Shown piece after piece: positions 1 to 7,098 of a DNA stretch of 35,205 nt. Positions within the stretch are counted from its first letter, which is position 1. The number at the start of each line of letters is the position of its first letter. The stretch spans positions 1 to 35,205 of the forward strand of contig CALQZZ010000001.1 of assembly GCA_943350065.1 (NCBI GenBank), read 5' to 3'. This stretch comes from Candidatus Nomurabacteria bacterium. GTDB taxonomy: Bacteria > Patescibacteriota > Minisyncoccia > Phycocordibacterales > UBA9973. The notes under the pieces were generated by a model, which was not told the origin of the DNA, searched no databases, and worked only from the letters and a program-made list of their open reading frames with translations. Both the position numbers and the translations under genes were made by a program.

Positions 1-720
1 ATCTTTATAATTAAGATAATTTTTAAAATCAACCTCAATTTTTTTAAGGTAAATTTTAAAATTATTTGCTATAGCAACAGGTGATGGGATTGTATCCCAA
101 TTTTCATTATTATCATTTTCGCCATTTAGAATTTTAATATAATTAAAACTAAAAACAGCTAAATTAAATCCCTTTAATGCTTCAATTTGTTCTAAAAAAC
201 CACTTTTTAATAATTTCTTTACTTCTTCGTTGCTCAAAGTGAATTCTTTTATTTTATAGTTTAAATTTTCGTAAGGGCCTGAATTTACAGCCAACCAGAT
301 TAAAAAAATAAAATATACAACACAAATTAAAAAACCTAAAATTGGCATTCCTGTAATTTCTCCTTCAAAAGGGAAATATATTGGAAAAAAGTGGTAAACA
401 GTTAATCCAGAGAAAAATACTCCGATCAAGAATAATACCCAACCTTCAAAAGTACCAAATGTATCTAATTTTGAATTTAATCTGTTTATTCCTTCAATAT
501 CAAATTGATTACTAGTTTCTTGTTTTTTATACAATTCAAGAAATTTAGCTTCAGTTTTTACAAAACGAATAAAAGAATACGCTAATGCAAGGAGGACTAT
601 TATAAAAGCAGAGGAGTAAATAAAGTTATATTCTTTAGCCAAGTCAAACTTGAAAGAAATAAAGATTAAACAAGAAAGTAGAAGAAAATAAATTGATCTT
701 TTAATAATTAATTTTTTCAT
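1..720 (-). CDS. Hypothetical multi-pass membrane protein, truncated at the window edge
   Basis: ATG at 720-718 opens a frame with no stop to position 1 (MKKLIIKRSIYFLLLSCLIFISF...GWVLFLIGVFFSG...ILGFLICVVYFIFLIWLAV), with about 4 hydrophobic segments. It is absent from the ORF track because it has no stop in the window. Confidence 0.8.
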   Translation of the reverse strand, partial: MKKLIIKRSIYFLLLSCLIFISFKFDLAKEYNFIYSSAFIIVLLALAYSFIRFVKTEAKFLELYKKQETSNQFDIEGINRLNSKLDTFGTFEGWVLFLIGVFFSGLTVYHFFPIYFPFEGEITGMPILGFLICVVYFIFLIWLAVNSGPYENLNYKIKEFTLSNEEVKKLLKSGFLEQIEALKGFNLAVFSFNYIKILNGENDNNENWDTIPSPVAIANNFKIYLKKIEVDFKNYLNYKD

Positions 721-867
721 TTTTTTATTAAGTTTTGGAGAACTTTTCAGCTCTGTAGTTTATATATCTACTAATAGGCTAACATACATAATTACAACTT
801 GTCAAGTATTAAATAGACAAAGAAAGAATGCTGGATTGGATTAGAAAATAAAATAAAAACCCACAGA

Positions 868-1362
868 CTAAGTCCATGGGTTGTTTGGGTCAAAATGTTT
901 TTGATTAAATTCGATAATCCTTTCACGTGAGATTTTTTTCTTTTCAAGAACTATTATTAGTTTAAATCTCAAAACAAACTCTGTAATTATTCTAGTAAAT
1001 GCAGCTATCATAAAAACAACAAAATCAAATATTTGAAATTTGTTTAAATCATAGAAACTTTTTCCACTTAAATACAATGCGACAAATGACCAGATGATTA
1101 AGGCTAGAAAAATTAATGCGGATACAAACCTAAAAACATTACTAGTTACCATATCACTATCTTTAAGTATAGAAAACAATTCAACTAAAAATGATGTACA
1201 AGATGCCATCACTGTTAAAAATAAAAACCAAAATATTGCCTCAGAAAAAGGACCAGTATTAAAGTACTCAGTTAGATTTACTGATAAGGAAAATGTTGAT
1301 GTTATCATCAATATAAACGAAAAAATTGATGAAATTAGGCGAAATGATTTTAAAGTCTTCAT
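868..1362 (-). CDS. Hypothetical membrane protein with about 4 TM segments
   Basis: 164-aa ORF with four hydrophobic stretches. Its upstream motif AAACTTAATAA is shared with both neighbouring genes. Confidence 0.8.
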   Translation of the reverse strand: MKTLKSFRLISSIFSFILMITSTFSLSVNLTEYFNTGPFSEAIFWFLFLTVMASCTSFLVELFSILKDSDMVTSNVFRFVSALIFLALIIWSFVALYLSGKSFYDLNKFQIFDFVVFMIAAFTRIITEFVLRFKLIIVLEKKKISRERIIEFNQKHFDPNNPWT

Positions 1363-1439
1363 TTTATTAAGTTTTAACGAACTATCGTTCTGTTTATTCT
1401 TTTCTGAATTTACAACATATTTGTAATTTTTGCAAATAA

Positions 1440-1461
1440 AAAAGAGCCTTTTGGCTCTTTT
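1440..1461. terminator. Intrinsic terminator hairpin after the 1465-1824 gene
   Basis: AAAAGAGCC-TTTT-GGCTCTTTT with A/T tails on both sides. Confidence 0.75.
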
Positions 1462-1464
1462 GTT

Positions 1465-1824
1465 TTAGTCATCAGAATCAATAATGATTATTTCTGAAAC
1501 TTCATTCACCGTCCTTAATGTGCATTGTACACGTGCATCACTATAAAAACTTTTACAAACCTGTGCTAAATCCGTCTGCAGTCTTCTTTTTATGTCTACA
1601 GTCCTTTCTTTTTTATCAAACAGGCAGTCGACATGTATAATAATTTCATCCTTTTCATCTGTAAATCTTGTCATAGCCTCCAATGGAAAATGGACTATTA
1701 TATCGTTGCGATGCAATTTTAATTCTGAAATTTTTTCAACAGCCTTAAGTAAGGCTTCTTTTAAATCAATTAAGCTGACTTCTGTCGTATGTTTAACTAA
1801 ACGAACTACGCTAATTTCTGGCAT
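1465..1824 (-). CDS. Putative tautomerase/MIF-superfamily protein
   Basis: 119 aa starting Met-Pro (Pro-1 is the tautomerase catalytic residue). It has two apparent beta-alpha-beta units and an 'ERTVDIKRRL' segment resembling the R(T/S)xExK motif. Fold call by eye. Confidence 0.5.
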   Translation of the reverse strand: MPEISVVRLVKHTTEVSLIDLKEALLKAVEKISELKLHRNDIIVHFPLEAMTRFTDEKDEIIIHVDCLFDKKERTVDIKRRLQTDLAQVCKSFYSDARVQCTLRTVNEVSEIIIIDSDD

Positions 1825-1932
1825 AATATAATTATTAAGTTTCTTTCTGTCTTAAAGATATCACAATAATCATAAAAATCAAATCGGGTGTTCTGTGTTT
1901 ATATTTATCAAAAATTTTAGTATACTTAAAGT

Positions 1933-2682
1933 ATGATAGAAAAATTTCTCAAAGATATTGGTTTGTCAGAAAAAGAAGCTAGTGTGTATCTCGCATTACT
2001 CGCTGTAGAGTCGAGTAATGTTTCTGAACTCGCAACAAAGACTGGTATCAAACGCACGACAGTGTATCCAGTACTAGATGTGCTTATAAAAAAAGGACTC
2101 GTCAACGAAATGAAAAATGGTACGAAAGTAGAATATCAAGCAGAACAGCCAGAGCGACTTGAGACATACATCGAAGCTGAACGTATTAAATTAAATGAAC
2201 AACACAATTTATTAAAAGAAGTTATTCCTAGACTAAAAAGTATTTCTCGTGATACAGGTGAAAGACCAATTATCAAATACTACGAAGGAAGAGAAGGAAT
2301 TTTGGAATCTATAAAAGAATACTTGCACGACGCTAAGGAAAATGGAGAAATGTATTTAGTCTATCCAAAAGATTTACTTGATGAAACTTTTACAGAGACT
2401 GAAATGAAAACTGCAAAAAGCGATCGTTTGTCTAAAAAAATAACTACTCATTCTATTTACACATCTTCAAATGGAGAATTACTAAAAGATGAAAATTCAG
2501 ATCGTATACATTTAACTAATTCAAAAGACTATCCAATATTATGTGATTTAGCGGTAAAAGATGATCGTGTTCGAATACACACACTTGGTAAAAAGCTCTC
2601 TGCTATATACATAAAAAATAATGATTTAGCTGAAACATTACGCACCCTTATTAAACTGGCAATGAAAGGTTTACGTGAATAA
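1933..2682 (+). CDS. TrmB-family transcriptional regulator
   Basis: N-terminal winged HTH (GLSEKEASVYLALL...ELATKTGIKRTTVYPVLDVLIKKGLV), then 'IKYYEGREGI' and a C-terminal effector-binding domain. Confidence 0.9.
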   Translation: MIEKFLKDIGLSEKEASVYLALLAVESSNVSELATKTGIKRTTVYPVLDVLIKKGLVNEMKNGTKVEYQAEQPERLETYIEAERIKLNEQHNLLKEVIPRLKSISRDTGERPIIKYYEGREGILESIKEYLHDAKENGEMYLVYPKDLLDETFTETEMKTAKSDRLSKKITTHSIYTSSNGELLKDENSDRIHLTNSKDYPILCDLAVKDDRVRIHTLGKKLSAIYIKNNDLAETLRTLIKLAMKGLRE

Positions 2683-2694
2683 GATTTAAATAAT

Positions 2695-2735
2695 AAAAGG
2701 CCTGAAACATTGCGTTCAGACCTTTTCTTTTTTTT
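2695..2735. terminator. Bidirectional intrinsic terminator
   Basis: AAAAGGCCTGAA...TTCAGACCTTTT followed by a T-run, just after the TrmB stop. Confidence 0.75.
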
Positions 2736-3132
2736 GAGATTGCAACACGGCTTTGATTTCAATGTAATATACAAAGTAATCAATTTTTGTTGAGTTTGGA
2801 AAAAATTTCCATTTTTGCGTTTAAGTACTTAAACCAATAACTTTTATACGAAAGAGTCCTAAAAGGAGATAGGGGATGGAATCTGATTCCTGCCCCTATC
2901 TGTTTAGTTAGCGATCGCCCATAGTTACAAAGTTTTAAGGTTAGACACAAGAAACTAGATTTTGCTTTTGCTTGGTCTTACCCAAAGCATTTACAATCGA
3001 TAAGACATTTTTCTTTTTAAAAGCAACTTGTCTTCCTTTCTTAACTTACCGTTTTTCGCGGTTGCAACTTCGATGATTAACAGTCATTCATCGTTTTTAT
3101 TGTTTTTTTAATTAACACTATACTGAACCCTA

Positions 3133-3160
3133 AGTATAGCAAATAGAAAAGATTTGTCAA
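3133..3160 (-). promoter_or_regulatory. Sigma70-type promoter firing leftward
   Basis: Minus strand TTGACA-N16-TATACT with an extended -10 (TGc). Confidence 0.7.
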
Positions 3161-3306
3161 GCGTCACTGACATGTATTAAATATTTAATATGAAATGACG
3201 TCAACTTTTTTGTTAAAATGTTAAGTGTAAAAAACAAATCTATATTTAAAATATGATTATTTTATAAGGTTATAATATAATTATAAAAAAGAAATGTTAA
3301 AAAGAC

Positions 3307-3335
3307 TTGACAAATAGATTCGAATCTGATAGACT
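3307..3335 (+). promoter_or_regulatory. Sigma70-type promoter firing rightward, with a palindrome in the spacer
   Basis: TTGACA-N17-TAGACT with TGn extension. The spacer contains the perfect palindrome AGATTCGAATCT (3316-3327). Confidence 0.75.
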
Positions 3336-3459
3336 ATCCTCAGAGCCTTGATAAAGAAGTTTTACAAAGATATAGACGACATCGCGCACTCACTAATTTA
3401 AATACAGTGGAGCTAGCCCGAAAATGTTTATATTTTGCAAGTTTTCCTAAAAATTATGT

Positions 3460-3512
3460 TTTTAGGGGCTTGAAGAGTGGTTTCAAACAGACTATTCTTC
3501 TAACCTCTAAAA
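3460..3512 (+). repeat. Hairpin C, copy 1, just upstream of a small ORF
   Basis: TTTTAGGGG-CT-T-GAAGAGTGGTTT-loop-AGACTATTCTTC-T-AA-CCTCTAAAA, rich in G.U pairs. Same architecture as 4127-4178. Confidence 0.8.
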
Positions 3513-3523
3513 CCACAAAGAAT

Positions 3524-3688
3524 ATGAAAGCTAAAAAAACGTTAACATTGGAAGAAATAGCTAATGCTTTACTCGCAAAGAGTGGCTTTGGCTCAGATGG
3601 AACTCCTAAAAAGAGAAAATCTAGAGCACAAAGCTTCTTCGAAAGAAGAACGATTATTAGTACACCGATGGGAAACGGTATAAGGTAG
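3524..3688 (+). CDS. Small basic hypothetical protein (54 aa)
   Basis: MKAKKTLTLEEIANALLAKSGFGSDGTPKKRKSRAQSFFERRTIISTPMGNGIR. ATG 3524 is preferred over GTG 3407 because it follows an A-rich stretch after hairpin C, as the 4188 ORF does. Confidence 0.65.
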   Translation: MKAKKTLTLEEIANALLAKSGFGSDGTPKKRKSRAQSFFERRTIISTPMGNGIR

Positions 3689-3715
3689 TGTTCTTTATAA
3701 AATATTTACCGGTAA

Positions 3716-4060
3716 GGGATAACATGATTGGTCGACCAGCAAGGCATTGCTACCACTAATCTGTTAATCCTAAATGAGGTATGATCACCTCGTTCTATGT
3801 TGACGGCCGAGTGAGGCCATCCATATGAACAAAAAGATTCAAGTTTTTGTACTACTTAACCTTTATTGGCTAACCTTTTGTGACAACTTCAGAAGTTTGA
3901 TCAACTGTATGTTACCCGAGACCGGAGGATTAAGGAACTTGTATGAATGGGGAGAGCTCCTTCATTTGTAGAATTACTACGCAGGGGCGCTTGCCGTGTG
4001 AACAAGTACAGAGAGTGAATCCTTAGTGGTCATCAATGATGGCACACGAAGGATTCACTT
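3716..4060 (+). ncRNA. Candidate structured non-coding RNA, family unknown
   Basis: ORF-free, GC-elevated segment tiled with helices: GGAT-AACA-GATTGGT/ACTAATC-TGTT-ATCC, GAGGT/ACCTC, GTTC-TATG..GGCC/GGCC..CATA-GAAC, TGTACT(3848)/AGTACA(4005), ATGAA-GGGG/CTCC-TTCAT, AGTGAATCCTT/AAGGATTCACT. Confidence 0.6.
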
Positions 4061-4111
4061 CTTTATCAAAATCTTGAACATTGTTCGAGATTTTGTAGAG
4101 AATTGTTCTTT
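4060..4111 (+). repeat. Hairpin B plus TTGTTC motif, copy 1
   Basis: TCTTTA-T-CAAAATCTTGAAC-ATT-GTTCGAGATTTTG-TAGAGA, then TTGTTCTTT. Confidence 0.8.
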
Positions 4112-4126
4112 TTAAAACAAAATTAC

Positions 4127-4178
4127 ATTTAGGGGTTTGAAAAGTATTTCAAATGGAATATTTTTCTAACCCTTAAAT
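4127..4178 (+). repeat. Hairpin C, copy 2, just upstream of a small ORF
   Basis: ATTTAGGGGTT-T-GAAAAGTATTTC-AAAT-GGAATATTTTTC-T-AACCCTTAAAT. Confidence 0.8.
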
Positions 4179-4187
4179 TCTATAATT

Positions 4188-4460
4188 ATGAAAAAAATAA
4201 TGTGTATTGCGGTAATGGCTTTAGTATTTACTTCTTGTTCAAGAAATCAACATTTACGTTTTAAAAACGGAGTAGTTATTTCTGAAAATAGAGGGAGTGT
4301 CGATGTGTCGGTGTCAGTCGATACTAGTTTTGACGGTGTTGCTGATATAGAAGCTACAGTTATGGGTTTCAATAACACCAACAAAGACTACAAAAGGAAC
4401 GACACTGTATCAGTCGATGTGCGAACAAAGACTTCATACGCGGAGCCGGTGCTACATTGA
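4188..4460 (+). CDS. Small putative lipoprotein
   Basis: MKKIMCIAVMALVFTS-C: basic N-terminus, hydrophobic core and a lipobox-like Cys at residue 17. Confidence 0.75.
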   Translation: MKKIMCIAVMALVFTSCSRNQHLRFKNGVVISENRGSVDVSVSVDTSFDGVADIEATVMGFNNTNKDYKRNDTVSVDVRTKTSYAEPVLH

Positions 4461-4475
4461 GAAAGTGCACAAAGC

Positions 4476-4758
4476 AGACCATTGCTTAAGACTTATGATT
4501 AAGATCATAGGAATTTAAATGGCTTGGGAGACAGAAATGATAATCACTCTTCCAAAACGCCTAACAATCGTAGGTAAAAACGTCCTGAAAATGGGGACGT
4601 TAGTTAAAAATCCTGGGCGCACAGGTAAAGGAGTCAGGGGTGTACACTTTGGCGCGAGAGAAAACTCGTATAAAAATCATCGCAAGGGAAGTAATCCGCA
4701 GTGGTCTTCTCAAGAGGGAATCTAAGAATGCTGGTATCAGCAAACTGAAGATTTCCTT
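4476..4758 (+). ncRNA. Candidate structured non-coding RNA (multibranch), family unknown
   Basis: A 10-bp closing helix AGACCATTGC(4476-4485)/GCAGTGGTCT(4698-4707) encloses at least 6 hairpins (CTTATGAT/ATCATAGG, TTGGGAGA/TCTTCCAA, CCTA/TAGG, ACGTCCT/GGGACGT, CCTG/CAGG, GCGAG/CTCGT). It is followed by GAGGGAATCT/AGATTTCCTT. Confidence 0.6.
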
Positions 4759-4819
4759 CTTTATTAAGATTTTAAGTAATACTTGAAATTTTATAGAGAT
4801 AATAAATTTGTTCCTTAAC
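4758..4819 (+). repeat. Hairpin B plus TTGTTC motif, copy 2
   Basis: TCTTTA-T-TAAGATTTTAAGT-AAT-ACTTGAAATTTTA-TAGAGA, then TTGTTCCTTAAC. Same 42-nt geometry as copy 1. Confidence 0.8.
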
Positions 4820-4839
4820 TTAAAAAAATAAATAGAGAA

Positions 4840-5199
4840 ATGAAAAAAGAAACTAAAGAAAATGAAATGGTATTTCCAAACAAAGAAGTTAAAAATCTTT
4901 GGACAAATATTTATAAAGAAATAAAAAAAGCAGTCGATGAATCTGCTGACGTACCTACTCCATTAGAAAAAAGAGTACGGGAAGTTTTAAAAAAACATTT
5001 AGGAACTGAATTAATACGAACTGATGCAGGATATCAAAAATTCTTTAAGGATGCCCTACGATTTGCAATTAATATGGACACCGACAAAATACTTTATCGT
5101 ATAGAAGTAGGTCGTAATCACTATGGATCAAACAATCACTCTAAAGGCAAAATCACTGGTGAATTTATGCCCGAAGACAAAAAAGAAGAAGAGTATTAA
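4840..5199 (+). CDS. Hypothetical protein (119 aa)
   Basis: Charged, helical-looking ORF followed by a terminator-like hairpin. No family recognised. Confidence 0.75.
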   Translation: MKKETKENEMVFPNKEVKNLWTNIYKEIKKAVDESADVPTPLEKRVREVLKKHLGTELIRTDAGYQKFFKDALRFAINMDTDKILYRIEVGRNHYGSNNHSKGKITGEFMPEDKKEEEY

Positions 5200-5205
5200 C
5201 CACTA

Positions 5206-5240
5206 AACCCGAGCACTATGTGACTCGGGATTTTAATTTT
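5206..5240. terminator. Terminator between convergent genes
   Basis: CCCGAG-CAC-TAT-GTG-A-CTCGGG followed by a T-rich tail. Confidence 0.65.
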
Positions 5241-6016
5241 TACTTTAAATCCAAGAAAATAGGGCAGTGGTCAGAACCCATATAGTCGCTAATCATACCA
5301 GTAGATTTTACTTTTGGAATTAATTTTTCATCAATAAAAAAATAATCTATACGCCAGCCGACGTTGCGAGTACGTGATGCAGTCTTCTGATCCCAGTATG
5401 TATACATGTCTTTTTTATTTGGATTCAAATGTCTATAGATATCTATAAATTTATTTTTTATAACTTTAGTAATCCACGCACGTTCGATAGGCAGGAAGCC
5501 AGTATTTTCTTCGTTAGCTTTTGGGCGAGCGAGGTCGACGGCTTCATGCGCAGTATTGATGTCTCCACAGAAAATAACGTTCTCACCATTCTTGCGAAGC
5601 TTTAAAATAAATTTCAAAAAAGCATCGTAAAATTCGAGTTTGTATTCGAGACGATGCGGACCCGAGCCACCGTTCGGATAGTAGCCACATATAATAGTGT
5701 AATCTTTAAACTTCGCACCCACTATTCTACCTTCATCATCAAACTTTTTTATGCCCATACCGTAAAAAATTTCTTTCGGTTTTAATTCACTCTTTATATA
5801 CACGCCGACACCACTATAACCCTTTCTTAATTTTGAATAAGAAAAATAACTTTCGTAACCTTTTATATTTCGCACATCATTAGGGAGCTGGTCTGGCTCG
5901 ACTTTTGTTTCCTGTAAACACAAAATATCAGGCTTATATTTTTTAAACAAGGGAGTAAAAAAGCCTTGCTTAGCTGTCGCTCGTAAACCATTTGTATTCC
6001 AAGAAATAATTTTCAT
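5240..6016 (-). CDS. xth: Exodeoxyribonuclease III (AP endonuclease)
   Basis: SWNTNGLRA, LCLQETK, GYSGV, GDINTAH, GWRIDYF and GSDHCP motifs. Confidence 0.97.
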   Translation of the reverse strand: MKIISWNTNGLRATAKQGFFTPLFKKYKPDILCLQETKVEPDQLPNDVRNIKGYESYFSYSKLRKGYSGVGVYIKSELKPKEIFYGMGIKKFDDEGRIVGAKFKDYTIICGYYPNGGSGPHRLEYKLEFYDAFLKFILKLRKNGENVIFCGDINTAHEAVDLARPKANEENTGFLPIERAWITKVIKNKFIDIYRHLNPNKKDMYTYWDQKTASRTRNVGWRIDYFFIDEKLIPKVKSTGMISDYMGSDHCPIFLDLK

Positions 6017-6038
6017 CTAAACATAATAACATAAATTT

Positions 6039-6113
6039 ACCCCACCCCAACGCTAAGCATTTACCCCTCCCCATTTTCTGCAAAAAAATGGGGAGGGGTT
6101 AGGGGAGGGGTAA
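6039..6113. repeat. GC-rich palindromic mini-element (REP/CIR-like)
   Basis: ACCCCTCCCCATTTT..AAAATGGGGAGGGGT-TAGGGGAGGGGT. Confidence 0.8.
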
Positions 6114-6115
6114 TC

Positions 6116-7063
6116 TTATTTTTTACTATGAAATTTCTTATGCACTTCGAGAAGTTGCTTGTCTGTCACGTGAGTATAGATTTGTGTCGTGGCGATATTG
6201 GAATGTCCTAGCATCATTTGTACAGAGCGGATGTCTGCACCATTTGAAAGTAAATCAGTCGCGAAACAGTGCCTCACTACGTGCGGAGTCACTTTTTTAG
6301 AAATCCCAGCCATCGTCGCATATTGTTTTACAATTCTTTCTATTGACCTTCTTGTTAATGCTTTTGTGTCGAACACATCATCACCATTTTTATTTTTCGT
6401 TTTTTGATTCACTTCTTTACCGACTTGGATAAAAAGAGCTTCACTCATATCTTTTCTTTTTGCTAAATACGCTTTCACTGCATTTCGTGCATCTTCGGAA
6501 ATAAATACGACGCGAACCTTACCACCTTTTCCACGAATAGAATATTCATCGAGACTCAAATCTAAATCACTAGTTAGGGAACAAAGTTCTGACACACGAA
6601 GACCTGTAGAAAAAAGTAATTCGAGAATTGCTTTATCGCGAAGAGATTTCAAATCATTATCTTTCGGTGCATTTAAAAGTCTAGAAAGTTCAGCAGGAGA
6701 AATGAGGTCGAGGGATCGCTCTTGGACTTTGGCGAGTTCTATCTTATCAGCATGTAGTGATGTAATGTCTCTCTTTGCTAAAAATTTTAAAAACACGCGA
6801 AGTGCTATCAAATAATAATTCTGAGTTTTTTTAGACAAAGTTTTTCCTGTGGCTCTGTTGTTACCTGTAGATTGTCTGTTCAACCAGAGACGAAATTCAC
6901 GAACAACTTGGTCAGTAATTTCTTTCGCATTTTGTATCTTTGTATATTCAAAAAAACGAGTGAGGTAGTGCCCATAATTTTCGACAGTTTTAATACTGGA
7001 ACCTTTTTCAATTTCCAAATATTCCAAAAACTGCCTTTTTAAATTTTCTATCTCGGATGCCAT
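6116..7063 (-). CDS. Tyrosine recombinase, XerC/XerD type
   Basis: SAM-like N-domain, then RDKAILELLFSTGLRVSEL, GKGGKVR, TPHVVRHCFAT and LGHSNIATTQIYTHV, giving the full R-K-HxxR-H-Y set. Confidence 0.95.
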   Translation of the reverse strand: MASEIENLKRQFLEYLEIEKGSSIKTVENYGHYLTRFFEYTKIQNAKEITDQVVREFRLWLNRQSTGNNRATGKTLSKKTQNYYLIALRVFLKFLAKRDITSLHADKIELAKVQERSLDLISPAELSRLLNAPKDNDLKSLRDKAILELLFSTGLRVSELCSLTSDLDLSLDEYSIRGKGGKVRVVFISEDARNAVKAYLAKRKDMSEALFIQVGKEVNQKTKNKNGDDVFDTKALTRRSIERIVKQYATMAGISKKVTPHVVRHCFATDLLSNGADIRSVQMMLGHSNIATTQIYTHVTDKQLLEVHKKFHSKK

Positions 7064-7098
7064 GCACTAATTTTAGCATAATATTGTGCGACATGGAG

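Noticed and set aside
3790..3830. Hammerhead ribozyme suggested by the GGCC-loop-GGCC stem
   Set aside because: The CUGAnGA and GAAA core nucleotides are missing.
4519..4725. 68-aa ORF as a real gene
   Set aside because: It lies within a densely base-paired segment and has no recognisable protein features. It is more likely incidental but not excluded.
2700..4760. tmRNA, RNase P RNA, tRNA or group I/II intron as the identity of the structured segments
   Set aside because: I found no tRNA-like ends or T-loop, no RNase P P4 consensus and no intron catalytic-core motifs by eye. An Rfam search is still needed.
3460..7063. Integron, with the hairpins as attC sites and the tyrosine recombinase as IntI
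   Set aside because: The hairpins have GTT at the 5' side and AAC at the 3' side, the reverse of RYYYAAC...GTTRRRY. The recombinase looks like a housekeeping Xer without the IntI-specific insertion, and xth lies between them.
7071..7095. dif-like site upstream of the recombinase (TTTTAGCATAA)
   Set aside because: Only one arm resembles dif, the spacing to a second arm is wrong, and the sequence is explained by the gene's extended -10 box.
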